A stretch of DNA of 64,000 bases. Origin: an uncultured Gemmatimonadaceae bacterium. Lineage in GTDB: Bacteria > Gemmatimonadota > Gemmatimonadetes > Gemmatimonadales > Gemmatimonadaceae. The position numbers and the translations under genes were made by a program. Shown here piece by piece: positions 39,058 through 49,368 of this stretch; the first letter of the stretch is position 1; each line of letters opens with the position of its first letter. The stretch spans positions 32,001 to 96,000 of the forward strand of contig CAWBOC010000005.1 of the NCBI GenBank assembly GCA_963790305.1, written 5' to 3'. Under the pieces are notes generated by a model. That model saw only the letters and a program-made list of their open reading frames with translations, had not been told where the DNA came from and did not search any database.

Positions 39058-40545
39058 TCAAATGCGCCCAAACCTCACCCCCGACACCTCCACGGCGACC
39101 GCGCGATTGCCGTCGAACTCAAAACGCGCCACGCTCCCCGACCCCGTGAGCTCCACCCGAAGCGCATTCTGCGCACCATCAAAAACCTCCACCGCGCTCC
39201 ACGCCTCGCCGGCGCGTGCCTCGAGCTTGCCGTTCACGACGCTGAACACGAGACGCCCGTAGAGCTCGTTCTCGTACGTACCCGCATACGCCTCCAGCGG
39301 GAAGGGCAGCGTTTGCGGACGTGCAGCGCGCCGCGCGCGGTCGGTTGCCACACGCTCACGGAACCCTTCGGCCTCGGTTCGAAGACGCGCGAGCGAGTCG
39401 GCGGAGAATCCCGCTCCATTAATGAGCCGCGAGTATACCGCGCGCGCGGCGAGCTCGGCCAGCGCCGAGCCGGTTCCGTTCTCGTTCGTCATGACGATCA
39501 CGCCGATCCGTCGCTGGGGCATGAACGACATGCTGGTGCTGAATCCGAGGAAGCCGCCGCCGTGCGTAAGAACCGTATCGGTACCGAGCGTGCCGATCTG
39601 CCATCCAAATCCGTAGCCGTTGAGCAACAGCCCACGAGCGTTTGCGCGGACAGTCGCCTGCCGCCGGTGCGTCTCGGCGATCGCGCTCGCCGGGAAGACG
39701 CGGCGGCCGTCGACGACACCGCCGTTGATGTGCGCCTCCAGCCAGCGTGCCATGTCCACGGCGCTGGAGACGAGACCTCCTGCCGCCTGCATGTTCGCAT
39801 CACCCTTGCTGTACGGGGCGCGCGCGAAGCCCGTCGGCTCCCGGCGATAGGGCTGCGCCAGCCGCTCACGCGGCATGCGAGAGACGTACGCGCTCGTGCT
39901 CGTCATGCCTAACGGCTGAAAGATCGTACGCTGCAGGACGTCCCGCCAGCTTGCGCCGGTCGTCGCGTCCATGGCAAGCGCGGCGATGTTGTAGCCGATG
40001 TTGCCGTAGACGTAGTCCCGTCCGGTCTTGGCGGCCGGGTGCGAGGGGAGGAGCGCGACGAGCCGGTCGTTCGTATGCTCGCCGCTGAAGGCGGTGCGAA
40101 AGACGATCGGCCCATCGTTGTCGATGCCGTGCGTGTGCGAGAGCAGCGACCGCAGCGTGATGGAGTCGGGGCTGAGCGGCGCCTGGAGCTTCGCCGCGGG
40201 CAGGTAGCGGCTGAGCGGCGCGTCGAGATCGAGACGGCCCTGTTCATCGAGCAACACGGCGGCGAGCCCGGTGAACGATTTGGTCGTCGAGGCGATGTAG
40301 AAGATCGTCTCCGGCGTGACCGGGCGTTGCGCCTCGACGTCGGCCCACCCGAAGCCCTTCGCGTAGATGACCTGTGTGTCGCGCACGACCGCGATCGACA
40401 TCCCCGGTGCGAGGTCGAGGGCGAAGAGCGCGGTGAGCGTGGAGTCGAGAGCAGCGGTCGTCGACGTGGTCGAGGTCGTCGAGGGAGTCGAGTACTGCGT
40501 GCCGGCGCAGCCGAGCACGAGCGAGAGGAAAGCCAGGCGAATCAT
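39058..40545 (-). CDS. Serine hydrolase (beta-lactamase fold) lipoprotein
   Basis: ASTTK, LSHTHG, YGN, HGGG; lipobox VLGC. Confidence 0.9.
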   Translation of the reverse strand: MIRLAFLSLVLGCAGTQYSTPSTTSTTSTTAALDSTLTALFALDLAPGMSIAVVRDTQVIYAKGFGWADVEAQRPVTPETIFYIASTTKSFTGLAAVLLDEQGRLDLDAPLSRYLPAAKLQAPLSPDSITLRSLLSHTHGIDNDGPIVFRTAFSGEHTNDRLVALLPSHPAAKTGRDYVYGNIGYNIAALAMDATTGASWRDVLQRTIFQPLGMTSTSAYVSRMPRERLAQPYRREPTGFARAPYSKGDANMQAAGGLVSSAVDMARWLEAHINGGVVDGRRVFPASAIAETHRRQATVRANARGLLLNGYGFGWQIGTLGTDTVLTHGGGFLGFSTSMSFMPQRRIGVIVMTNENGTGSALAELAARAVYSRLINGAGFSADSLARLRTEAEGFRERVATDRARRAARPQTLPFPLEAYAGTYENELYGRLVFSVVNGKLEARAGEAWSAVEVFDGAQNALRVELTGSGSVARFEFDGNRAVAVEVSGVRFGRI

Positions 40546-40580
40546 CGGAGCACCGGGATAGGGAAGCTAAAAGCTGCCGA

Positions 40581-41342
40581 TCAGGCCGGGCCCGGTCTTG
40601 AACGGATGAAACCGGCGTACCCACCCGGGGTGAAGCCGGTGCCGCTCCGGAAGGAGCGATTCAAGTGGCTCTGATCGGCGAAACCCGCCTGAAAGGCGAC
40701 CATCGAAAGAGGCAGTGAGGATGATGCGATGAGGTCGGCCGCGCGCGTCACCCGACCGCGCTGAAGGTACGACACGACCGACGAGCCGAAGTAGCGACGG
40801 AACTGCCTCGCCAGGTACACCGGGTGAACGCCCGCACGTGCGGCAATGTCGCGGACCCGCACGCCCGAGCCCACGTCGTCCATTTCCTCGCGCACTCGCG
40901 CGAGCCACCGCGGCGGCTCGCGGCGCGTCTCGTCGGCCAGCTCGCGCAGCGACGAAAGCACGTCGGTCACGCCGCGCTCGAGGAGGACGTCATCGTTCGG
41001 GCTCGTCCGGAGCAGCGCCAGCAGACGGAGGAACGCGGGCACCGCCGGGCCCCCATGCGTCCAGCGCCACTGGCGCGCTGCCGGCTCCCATTCCCGAAGC
41101 GATGCCGCTTCCTGTCCCGTTAGGCCGATCTGGACCGTTCGCGTGCCCCGCGGCCCGAATTGATCGGCATGCTCGGTGTCACCGGGCTTGACGACGATGC
41201 TCAGCGCACGCGCGGTCTCCTGCGCGCTGCCCACGGTCTCACGCAGCGACCCGGCGATCACGAGGGTCACCGTCGTTTCGGCGTGCGCGTGGCGCGGCTG
41301 CAGAAGATGAGGCCCGTAGCTGACCTCCCGAACTCGCGTCAC
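40581..41342 (-). CDS. AraC family transcriptional regulator
   Basis: Cupin HAH; AGVHPVYLARQFR; GFADQSHLNRSF; GTGA overlap with upstream gene. Confidence 0.9.
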   Translation of the reverse strand: MTRVREVSYGPHLLQPRHAHAETTVTLVIAGSLRETVGSAQETARALSIVVKPGDTEHADQFGPRGTRTVQIGLTGQEAASLREWEPAARQWRWTHGGPAVPAFLRLLALLRTSPNDDVLLERGVTDVLSSLRELADETRREPPRWLARVREEMDDVGSGVRVRDIAARAGVHPVYLARQFRRYFGSSVVSYLQRGRVTRAADLIASSSLPLSMVAFQAGFADQSHLNRSFRSGTGFTPGGYAGFIRSRPGPA

Positions 41343-42655
41343 TTGTATCGGACTCCGTGCTTCATCACCAGGTCCACCCTCTGCAACAGATCGATGTACC
41401 GCAACACATCGCCTCTCACCGCGATGATGTCCGCGTACTTCCCCTCACTGATCGTTCCGACATCCCGATCCACCTTCATTGCCACCGCCGGCCAGTAGGT
41501 CGCCGCGCGAATCACCGTCATCGGATCGACACCCAGCCGGTTCACCCAGACGTCGAGCTCATTCCAGGTCGCCATCGCGTGGAACTTCATCGGTATCCCG
41601 GCATCGGTCCCGATGAGCAGTACGACGCCCGACTCCCGGAGCTGCGAGAACTTCCGTGCCAGCGTCGGCCGCCGGCTCGGCGTCATTTGGAAGTACGAAA
41701 GTCGTTCCGGGTGCTCGATCGAGCGTCGGATGTCCGCCACGATCGAGTCGGGCAACCCCTCGTGCCACGACGGATCGTCGAGCTTCTCGGGGTTGTCGCG
41801 AACGTACTCGTAGTTGAACAGCCCTTCGATCGTTGGAGTCCAGAAGAGCGGTCCGGCGTTGCCGCGCGCCGTCCGCTCTCGAATCATAGCCACGATATCG
41901 GCCGGATACTCGGCCGCCGTGGCGAGCCCGGTATGCTCGAAGTCGTCCACACCGGCGGCAAGGCCGCGCCGAATCTCCTCGGGGCGATGCGAGTGTGCGA
42001 CGACCGGAAGGCCTCGCGCGTGCGCTTCCTCCACCACCGCGCGTACTTCCTCCATCGTCATCTGATCCTGGTCGATGAGCTTGATGACATCGACGCCCGC
42101 ATCGGCCAGTCGCTTGACCTTGGCGCGAGCGTCGTTAGGCCCCTTCACCCCCCATCGAAATGCCTCGGTGCCCGGATATGGCGCGTGCTGGATGAACGGA
42201 CCGGACACGTACAGCGTGGGACCCGGGATCTTCCCGGCCTTGATCGCATCCCGCACGCTGATGCTCGCCTCGAGCGGCGCGCCGAGGTCGCGAGCGCTGG
42301 TGACTCCCGCGAGCAGCAACTGCTTCGCGGAGGCCGGCATGATCACGCTCGCGAAGAGCGACGGGTAGGTGCGGTCCCAGTGCGCGTAGTCCGCATGCCC
42401 GTTGATCATCAGGTGGACGTGCATGTCCCAGAGCCCCGGAAGCACGCTCATTCCTTCGGTGGAGATGACTTCCGCGCCCGGCGGTACGGTGAGCCTTCCC
42501 ACCTGTCCCACCGCCTCGATGCGCTCGCCCCGCACGATGATGACCGAATTGCGCAGCGGCGGTCCGCCATGCCCGTCGATCAGGGTGCCGCCGACGAGCG
42601 CCTTGAGTGGCGCGTTCTGCGCGAGGAGAACGGAGAGGAGAATGGTTGCGAGCAT
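41339..42655 (-). CDS. Exported amidohydrolase family protein
   Basis: PGLWDMHVH, AH, EH, GTDAG, GKYADII. Confidence 0.92.
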   Translation of the reverse strand: MLATILLSVLLAQNAPLKALVGGTLIDGHGGPPLRNSVIIVRGERIEAVGQVGRLTVPPGAEVISTEGMSVLPGLWDMHVHLMINGHADYAHWDRTYPSLFASVIMPASAKQLLLAGVTSARDLGAPLEASISVRDAIKAGKIPGPTLYVSGPFIQHAPYPGTEAFRWGVKGPNDARAKVKRLADAGVDVIKLIDQDQMTMEEVRAVVEEAHARGLPVVAHSHRPEEIRRGLAAGVDDFEHTGLATAAEYPADIVAMIRERTARGNAGPLFWTPTIEGLFNYEYVRDNPEKLDDPSWHEGLPDSIVADIRRSIEHPERLSYFQMTPSRRPTLARKFSQLRESGVVLLIGTDAGIPMKFHAMATWNELDVWVNRLGVDPMTVIRAATYWPAVAMKVDRDVGTISEGKYADIIAVRGDVLRYIDLLQRVDLVMKHGVRYK

Positions 42656-42667
42656 GGGGATCGAAGC

Positions 42668-43285
42668 TCAGGACGACCGATCGATCAACTCACGTAATCG
42701 CGGGAGCTCCGCGTACAGGTTGCGACCGGGACACCGGGTCGACGCGTAGTCCTTGTGTGCACCTAACCGGTCGCCGGGAACGCCGAATCGGCGTGCGAAC
42801 GTCGTGACCAGCGACTCCAGCGCGCGCATCTGCCCCTCGGTGAGCTGCTCGTCCTCGAAGTTGCCTTCGACGACGATGAGCAGATGGCCCGTCGGGTCGT
42901 ACGGCGTATTGCTGTCACCGACGTAGCGCCACGACCGGGCTTCGCCGACCGTGCCGTCCACGGCGATGTAATAATGGTAGGGGATGTCGGCCCACGCCGG
43001 CTTCTTGCGTCCGTCACCCAGGCTGTCGTCTCGCTGCGAGAACGCCTGCAGGCCGCGCAGCTTGTCGGCGAGCGACCGCTCCATGTTCTGACGCGTCGCG
43101 GTGTGATGGATGGTGATTCGCTCAATGCGATGCTCGCGCATCGAGAGTACCGGATCACGCGCGCCCCACTCCGCCCGGCTCACGATCGGTACTTCGGCGA
43201 CCGCGGGGGTTGGAGTTCCGCGGGACGCGCACGCTCCCACGGCGACTGCGAGAGCGACAAGAGAGCAATGTCGGGTGCGATGCAT
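42668..43285 (-). CDS. N-acetylmuramoyl-L-alanine amidase (PGRP/Amidase_2) lipoprotein
   Basis: SRAEWGA, TIHHT, DIPYHY, HKD...T.CPG. Confidence 0.9.
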   Translation of the reverse strand: MHRTRHCSLVALAVAVGACASRGTPTPAVAEVPIVSRAEWGARDPVLSMREHRIERITIHHTATRQNMERSLADKLRGLQAFSQRDDSLGDGRKKPAWADIPYHYYIAVDGTVGEARSWRYVGDSNTPYDPTGHLLIVVEGNFEDEQLTEGQMRALESLVTTFARRFGVPGDRLGAHKDYASTRCPGRNLYAELPRLRELIDRSS

Positions 43286-43291
43286 CGTCCC

Positions 43292-44410
43292 TCAGCGTCG
43301 ACAGTGAAAGAGCGATAGACCTTCGACGGGCTCGTCGACGGTGAGCTTCGCCACCATCTCCCCGATGGCGGTGGCGAACTTGAAGCCATGCCCGGAGCAT
43401 GGGCTGGCGATCACGACCTCGGAGTGCGCGGGGTGATGGTCGATCACGAAGTGCCCATCCGACGTGTTGGTGTACAGACAGACGGCGCGATCGCGAAGCT
43501 CACCGGCGGCGTCGGGGAGAAACCGTTCAACGAGCCCACGCGCAGTCGCGTCCTCCTGTTCGGTAATCGTGCGTCGAACCCGCTGCGGATCGGTGATCTC
43601 TCCATCGTGATGCACGGCGATCTTGACCCCGTCACCAAAGTCGGGAATCGTGTAGAACATGCCGCCCGACGTTTCCCACAGGGCGATCGGCAACGCCTCC
43701 GGCGCGAAGCGCTCGGCCTGCGCTCTTGGCGTGAACCAGTGCTGCATCTGCCGTTCGACTGCGAGCTGAATCTGCGCCCCGTTGAGAAACTCGGGAAGCC
43801 AGGGGCCCAACGCGAGCACGAGCCGGTCGGCGATGTGCTCGCCAATGGCCGTCGCAACCCGCACGACGCCGCGCTCCACACGCCAGCTCAACATCGCCTC
43901 GCCAGCTCGGACGCTGGCGCCATCGCGCGCCGCGCAGGTGAGCAGCGCACGAACGCACGCTTCCGGAAAGAGGACACCGGCACGCGGCTCGAGGAGGGCC
44001 ACCGCGTCCGGCTCCGGAACCAGCACCGGGAATCGGCGTCGCACCTCGGCGGACGTCAGCATCTCGTGAGGCAGCCCGTGCTGCTCGGCCGACGTCAGCG
44101 CGCCAACAACGAGCTCACCATTCTCTGGACCGATCATGAGGCCGCCGGTCCGCACGAACAGCCGCTCACCCACCTCGCGCTCGAGCTCCTCCCACATGCG
44201 GCTGGCGCGCTGAACGAGCGGGACGTAGGCGGGATCCTCGAAGTACGCCTCCCGGGTGATCCGGGTGCGGCCGTGGGTCGAGCCGTGCGCGTGCGGCGGC
44301 GCATAACGATCGAGTCCCAAAACGCGAAGGCCGCGGCGCGCGAGCTCACGCACCGCGGCACTTCCCATCGCGCCGAGGCCGGTGACGATGACGTCCCAGC
44401 GCTCGGACAC
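43292..44410 (-). CDS. solA: N-methyl-L-tryptophan oxidase / monomeric sarcosine oxidase
   Basis: GLGAMGSA, GSTHG.TRI.R.AYFE, CLYT, CSGHGFKF. Confidence 0.88.
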   Translation of the reverse strand: MSERWDVIVTGLGAMGSAAVRELARRGLRVLGLDRYAPPHAHGSTHGRTRITREAYFEDPAYVPLVQRASRMWEELEREVGERLFVRTGGLMIGPENGELVVGALTSAEQHGLPHEMLTSAEVRRRFPVLVPEPDAVALLEPRAGVLFPEACVRALLTCAARDGASVRAGEAMLSWRVERGVVRVATAIGEHIADRLVLALGPWLPEFLNGAQIQLAVERQMQHWFTPRAQAERFAPEALPIALWETSGGMFYTIPDFGDGVKIAVHHDGEITDPQRVRRTITEQEDATARGLVERFLPDAAGELRDRAVCLYTNTSDGHFVIDHHPAHSEVVIASPCSGHGFKFATAIGEMVAKLTVDEPVEGLSLFHCRR

Positions 44411-44413
44411 TGC

Positions 44414-45238
44414 TCAGCGCTGGAAGCTGATTCCCAGGCCGATCATCGACTTGGCATCGTCGAGCATCACCTTCTTGAAGCCGACGTCGAGTGACAGGCC
44501 CGACGCGAAACCGAACGAGACGCCGCCGCCAAGCGCGAACGCCGTTCCCGACTCGGTCTCCTCGCCCGAGCCGAAGGTGCTCTCGACATTGAACTTGGTC
44601 TGGCCCCAGAAGAAAGCCGGCTCGATGAATGGCGTGATGGAGATGGTGCCGCTCCTGGCGACGAGGGCAAAAGGAACTCCCACGCCGACGGAGATCCCGC
44701 GTGCAGCTATCTGGATCACTTCGCCTCCGAGGTTGGCATCGATCACGTCCCCGCTTCCAAAGCCGGCAGACGCGTTCAATCCGAGCACGAAGGATTGCCC
44801 CGAGTCACCTGTGCCGATGGGATTGATGAGGAGGGGTGCTGCGAACCGTCCGCCGAACATGAAGGCACTCTCGCAGTTGACCTCAGCCTCCGGAATGTCG
44901 CAGGTGAAGTCGGCATATCCGGCGGTGAGACCGATGCTGGCCGTCCCCATTGGAATGTCGATGCCGACGCCGAAATTCCGGCGACCCGCGTCGCCTTCTT
45001 CGTCCATGCTGCCGAATCGAAAGTTGAACCCGATCCCGCTGACAGTCCGTCCGAGCCAGCTCGCGGGCAGCTGCGTTGGCAGCGCGCCGAAGGGGGTGAT
45101 GGTAGCCGCGCCGCAGGCTGCGGCCTCGTTGAAATCGGGATCCTCCTGGTCGAGGCCCAGGCAGAATTGCGCCGCGGCAGGCGCCGAGGCTAGCGGCAGC
45201 GCGAGGAGCGCCAATAACGTGACGTACTTGATGCGCAT
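44414..45238 (-). CDS. Outer-membrane beta-barrel protein
   Basis: Signal peptide from ATG 45238, alternating beta strands, C-terminal GLGISF. Confidence 0.75.
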   Translation of the reverse strand: MRIKYVTLLALLALPLASAPAAAQFCLGLDQEDPDFNEAAACGAATITPFGALPTQLPASWLGRTVSGIGFNFRFGSMDEEGDAGRRNFGVGIDIPMGTASIGLTAGYADFTCDIPEAEVNCESAFMFGGRFAAPLLINPIGTGDSGQSFVLGLNASAGFGSGDVIDANLGGEVIQIAARGISVGVGVPFALVARSGTISITPFIEPAFFWGQTKFNVESTFGSGEETESGTAFALGGGVSFGFASGLSLDVGFKKVMLDDAKSMIGLGISFQR

Positions 45239-45377
45239 GGGGTCTCCGATGCGGTAAGTTGCGTGGGGGCCGCAGCGTCGCGGCACCCGACATGATAGAG
45301 GGCTCGCCCTCTGGCGCAATCCCCTCCGATGACACTGACTTCCGACGTCTGAGTCCTGACGTCCCTGGATGTACTCA

Positions 45378-46385
45378 ATGACAATTGCCCTATACCGCTC
45401 CACCACTCTTGTCCTCGCGCTTCCGGTGCTCTCGGCCTGCAGCACGATACGGGAGATGTTCCCGTCGCGTGAGGAAGTCTTCAAGCCGATCCCGGTGACC
45501 ATTGGGGACGTGCGCGTGATCGGCGAGGACACGGTCTACGTGCTCGAGTCCCCGGAGTACGAGCTCGTCGCACCAATGCGCGAGCTTCTGCCCAATGCAC
45601 GCAAGGCCCTCGATCACACCGCGCGCGAATACCGTCGCGTCTTTGGCGACGATCCGCAAAAGATCGTGGTCGAGCTGCGCGCGGTGTCGCGCGACCGCGT
45701 GGCGGACGGCTGGATCCCCGACACGGTAGAGCCCAACGAAGGGCCACGCCGCGCCGTCGCTCCCGCCATCGTCCCGGAGAAGCGCTCATCGCGTGCGCCG
45801 GTGGCTCCCGCAGGATTCCTGATGATGCGCGCCGCGCGCGCCTGGCTGCTTGCCCGCGCCGATTACCGCGTTGGCCGCTCACCCTCGGCGCCCACCGCAC
45901 AGGTTCGTTTTGGCGACGACGCACGCATCCCCGACTGGGTCGAGGATGCGCTCACCGAGCTGATCGGCGGATCACCGGCGCAGGAGATGTACGTGGCGCG
46001 CCTTGCTGAACGCGCGGAAACGGTGTCGTTGCGCGATGTGCTCGAGGCGACGCGACCGGAGCCCACGAAGGACGCGCAGCGTCGCGCTCAGCTTCCGCCG
46101 ACGTCAGCAACGCGACCTGCCGGCGGTGTCTTCATGGGCGGGCCAGCGAGCCGCGACCGGGGGAAGCTGGAGGGCGCGGAGCTCTTCCGCGCGCAGGCGG
46201 TCGCCTTCGCGATCTTCCTCGCCGAGCACGAGGGCCGCGAGTTCCTCGGCACCGTCACCGACCGCCTGCTCTCGGGCGAGTCCGCCGAGACGGCGCTCAC
46301 CGCCGCGACGACGTTGCCTGACGATTTGGCGGGGATGGAGAAAGCGTGGAAGGATTGGCTGAGAAAGCTGGCTGCGCGGAACTAG
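45378..46385 (+). CDS. Hypothetical lipoprotein (possibly inactive peptidase MA-like fold)
   Basis: Lipobox LSAC; IPDWVEDAL resembles PxWxxEG but no HExxH. Confidence 0.6.
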   Translation: MTIALYRSTTLVLALPVLSACSTIREMFPSREEVFKPIPVTIGDVRVIGEDTVYVLESPEYELVAPMRELLPNARKALDHTAREYRRVFGDDPQKIVVELRAVSRDRVADGWIPDTVEPNEGPRRAVAPAIVPEKRSSRAPVAPAGFLMMRAARAWLLARADYRVGRSPSAPTAQVRFGDDARIPDWVEDALTELIGGSPAQEMYVARLAERAETVSLRDVLEATRPEPTKDAQRRAQLPPTSATRPAGGVFMGGPASRDRGKLEGAELFRAQAVAFAIFLAEHEGREFLGTVTDRLLSGESAETALTAATTLPDDLAGMEKAWKDWLRKLAARN

Positions 46386-46518
46386 GAGTCAGGAGTCAGG
46401 GGTCAGGGATCGGGGGAGTTAGGGAAAGACAAGGGGAAAGGAGAGCGAAGCTGTTCTCCTTTCCCCTTTGTTTGCCCTGACTCCCCCTGATCCCTGATCC
46501 CTGACTCCTGGCGCCTAG
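46382..46518. repeat. Family B palindrome copy 3, gene-less, between convergent stops
   Basis: ctaggagtcaggagtcaggggtcagggatc...gatccctgatccctgactcctggcgcctag. Confidence 0.92.
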
Positions 46519-49121
46519 TAATTGAACCAGTACGACGCCTTGATGAGAAACGTATTGTTCGGATGCAGCGCGAACAGATCTCTGTAGTCCTGGATTCCCT
46601 CGAAGTCGGACGGGCGGCCGACGTCGCGGAAGCGGCCCTGCTGCCACACGAAGAAGATCGTTGAGCCGGGGCGGTATTCCCAGCGCACGACGGCGTTGGT
46701 GTTGAGCTGCTTGAAGTCGAAGCCTCCCGGATCGCACGGAGTTGCGCTCGCGGCTCCATCGCAATCGCGCGTGAACGGCTGGAATCGGCCTTCGTACGAC
46801 ACGTTCTGCGGATCGGTGAGATCGCGGAGGTTCATGAACGTGCCCTTCGAGATGAAGGGCTGCGCGTAGAACTGGAGCGAGAGGTTCGGCGTCGCCGTGA
46901 AGTTGATGCGGGTCGTAACGTTCACCGTCGTTTGATCGAGCTCGGCGAAGGCGTAGTGCGTCGAGTCATGGCCGGTCGCGCCGAAGCGATCGAAGAACTG
47001 ATCGTCTTCGTGCTGCCACTCGTAATAGAAGTACACCCCGCCGTTGAACCGCGTCGAGAAGCGATAGTTGAACGACGGCTCCACCCAGTGACCCTTGCTC
47101 TGCCCTTCGTTGTTGCGCCAGGTGCCACCGAACAGGAAGGGAGTGATCTGCCACCGCGAATCCCCCTCCACGCCAGTCCAGACGTCGTAGCTCGCGTCAC
47201 GGCGGATGGCCGGGCCGCCGCGCGAGTTGCGATCATCATAGCTGCGACCGGCGAAATCGCTGACGGTGATTCCCCAGTTCAACCACCACTGGTTCTGGAG
47301 CTGGACATGCCAGTTGGTGTTCACGCCTTCGCGTGTCGGCAAGCCCTCCGACGACCAGTAGCGCCAGTAGTTGCTATTGAAGTTCGCGCGACGCCAGTAC
47401 TTGGTGGGCTTGGTGAATTGCAACGCGAACCAGTTGCGGAACATGATCTCGTCGGCACGCTGGAGCCAGCCGAGGTCGTTGAGCTCATACCCGGTCGAGT
47501 AGCGTTGCAGCACGCTCTGGAACCGCGTGATGCCGCCACCGAACTTGCTCATCGAGATGCGCTGCGCGTCTCCGATGAGATTGTCCTGGGTCGGATCATA
47601 TTCAGCGTCGTCATCCGGCCGCTGGTAGTAGTGCACGCTGCTGCGCTGAATGCTCGCGATCGCCTCCGGGTCGCCGCGCACCGTGCTCCCGGAGAGCATG
47701 GCAGCGACCTCGTAGTTGTTGCTCCAGAAGCGGTGCCGGCCGTCGAGGCCGATCGCGTACGCCTCACGAGCCATCGCCGGCCTGGTGACCGCATCGAGGC
47801 GACGGTTCACGGCCGTCATCATCAGGCCAATGTCGCTCGAGCCCTTGTTCAGATCCTGACGCAGGCGAGCCACCGCATAGTTCGTCTGTGGCTCGATCGT
47901 CGTGCCTTCCGCACCAACCTCGTGCTGCGTGAGGGCATTCAGAAACCCGACCGATAGCCCGCTGCCTAACCGTCCCGTGATTTTCGTGGCGCCGAGAATC
48001 GTGGTCGCCAGTGCATCCCCCGAGGCGCCGCCGAGCCCGGGGGCGCGGCCGATACGCCGCGAGTAGAACAGCCCGCGACAACCCGTGTCGATGTCCTGAC
48101 AGTTGGTCCGGAAGGTGAAGATGCCCATCCCTTCGAGAAAGAACGGCCGGCGCTCCTCGCGGAACGTCTCGAACGCGGTGAGGTTGAGCGTCGCCGGGTC
48201 GGCCTCGACCTGTCCGAAGTCGGGATTGATCGTCGCATCGAGCGTCAGGTTCGACGACAACCCGTACTTGATGTCGGCGCCGTAGGATCCGAGCGTCGGA
48301 TGGGTGTAGGTCTCGCGACCGGTGGCGTCCTCGCCTTCGTTCGTCACGCTCTTGACGACGGCGTACGGCGCGATCTCGAGGCGGCGCGGCGTCGGAATGT
48401 TCGTGATCCCGCCGATCTCGCCCGACTGCGAGACGTATCCCTGCTTCGATCGGCTATAGAGCGGCCAGCTGATGCGCGCGTTGGTACGAGCAATGTCGCG
48501 CACGATCATGAGGCCGAAGGTGTGCTCCGGCTTGTTCGCGAACCGCAGCTGACTGAACGGAATGCGGAACTCGGCAACCCAGCCCACGCTGTCGATGGTG
48601 GTGGCGACGTCCCACACCGCATCCCACGAGGCATCCTCGACGTTGTCATTGTAGACGTAGAAGTCCCGCTTGACGCCGGCGGGATTCACGCAGAACTGAT
48701 AGGCCGTGCGCTTGTCGTTGTACGAATCGATCACGAGCTTCACCTGCTCGGACTGCGTGCGCACGTCGCGCCGAGAGAGGAGCGAGATGATGCTGTCGGG
48801 TGCCGGGTCGTACATGCGCACGAGGACGTAGAGGTTCTTGTCATCGAACGTCACGCGCGCTTCGGTCTTGAAGCGCGTCTCGGCGCCCTCGGTGGGCTCG
48901 TACTCGAGGAACTTGTCAATGACCTGGGCCTGCGCCCACGCCGGATCGTCGGTGCGTCCATCGAGCACCGGAGCAATGGTGGCGCGGCTCGCGCTGGCGA
49001 TACGTGCATCGGCAAGGCCGGCAATGGCGACGCTGGTCGGCGGTGCACCATTCGAGGCAAGGATTTGCGCGGCCGCCAGGGAGGGTGCGACGGCGAGCGC
49101 GAACAGAACGAAGCGAAGCAT
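46515..49121 (-). CDS. CBM9-like + DUF5916 outer-membrane protein
   Basis: P.LDG...D.AW, EFRIPFSQLRF, TINPDFGQVEAD, EERRPFFLEG, FYSRRIGR, RWEYRPGS. Confidence 0.88.
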   Translation of the reverse strand: MLRFVLFALAVAPSLAAAQILASNGAPPTSVAIAGLADARIASASRATIAPVLDGRTDDPAWAQAQVIDKFLEYEPTEGAETRFKTEARVTFDDKNLYVLVRMYDPAPDSIISLLSRRDVRTQSEQVKLVIDSYNDKRTAYQFCVNPAGVKRDFYVYNDNVEDASWDAVWDVATTIDSVGWVAEFRIPFSQLRFANKPEHTFGLMIVRDIARTNARISWPLYSRSKQGYVSQSGEIGGITNIPTPRRLEIAPYAVVKSVTNEGEDATGRETYTHPTLGSYGADIKYGLSSNLTLDATINPDFGQVEADPATLNLTAFETFREERRPFFLEGMGIFTFRTNCQDIDTGCRGLFYSRRIGRAPGLGGASGDALATTILGATKITGRLGSGLSVGFLNALTQHEVGAEGTTIEPQTNYAVARLRQDLNKGSSDIGLMMTAVNRRLDAVTRPAMAREAYAIGLDGRHRFWSNNYEVAAMLSGSTVRGDPEAIASIQRSSVHYYQRPDDDAEYDPTQDNLIGDAQRISMSKFGGGITRFQSVLQRYSTGYELNDLGWLQRADEIMFRNWFALQFTKPTKYWRRANFNSNYWRYWSSEGLPTREGVNTNWHVQLQNQWWLNWGITVSDFAGRSYDDRNSRGGPAIRRDASYDVWTGVEGDSRWQITPFLFGGTWRNNEGQSKGHWVEPSFNYRFSTRFNGGVYFYYEWQHEDDQFFDRFGATGHDSTHYAFAELDQTTVNVTTRINFTATPNLSLQFYAQPFISKGTFMNLRDLTDPQNVSYEGRFQPFTRDCDGAASATPCDPGGFDFKQLNTNAVVRWEYRPGSTIFFVWQQGRFRDVGRPSDFEGIQDYRDLFALHPNNTFLIKASYWFNY

Positions 49122-49274
49122 GAAGGGAGCTCCCCGAGTGATTCGTGGCCGCGGACAATGGGTGTATCGTCGCGCTGGCCCCGGCTAATCCGGGGATGCG
49201 ACAACCGGGGGTGCTAGAAGGTTGGCACCCCCTTGGAGCTAAAGCGTCTGTAAGTCGTAAGGAATGTGAAAAAG

Positions 49275-49368
49275 AGGTCGTCGAGGGTGTCGAGGTCGTC
49301 GAGGCAATCGAGGGAACGTCGTCGCCTCTCCTCGATCACGTCGACGACCTCGACATCCTTGATCACCT
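49275..49368. repeat. Family C palindrome copy 2 (core reversed)
   Basis: Core atcgagggaacgtc is the reverse complement of the 18826 and 53535 cores. Confidence 0.85.

Noticed and set aside
35596..40545. Inducible beta-lactamase resistance locus (blaI-blaR1 next to a beta-lactamase-fold gene)
   Set aside because: BlaR1 lacks a penicillin-binding domain, and the hydrolase is a generic SxxK enzyme lying downstream of an AraC gene, not under the operator.
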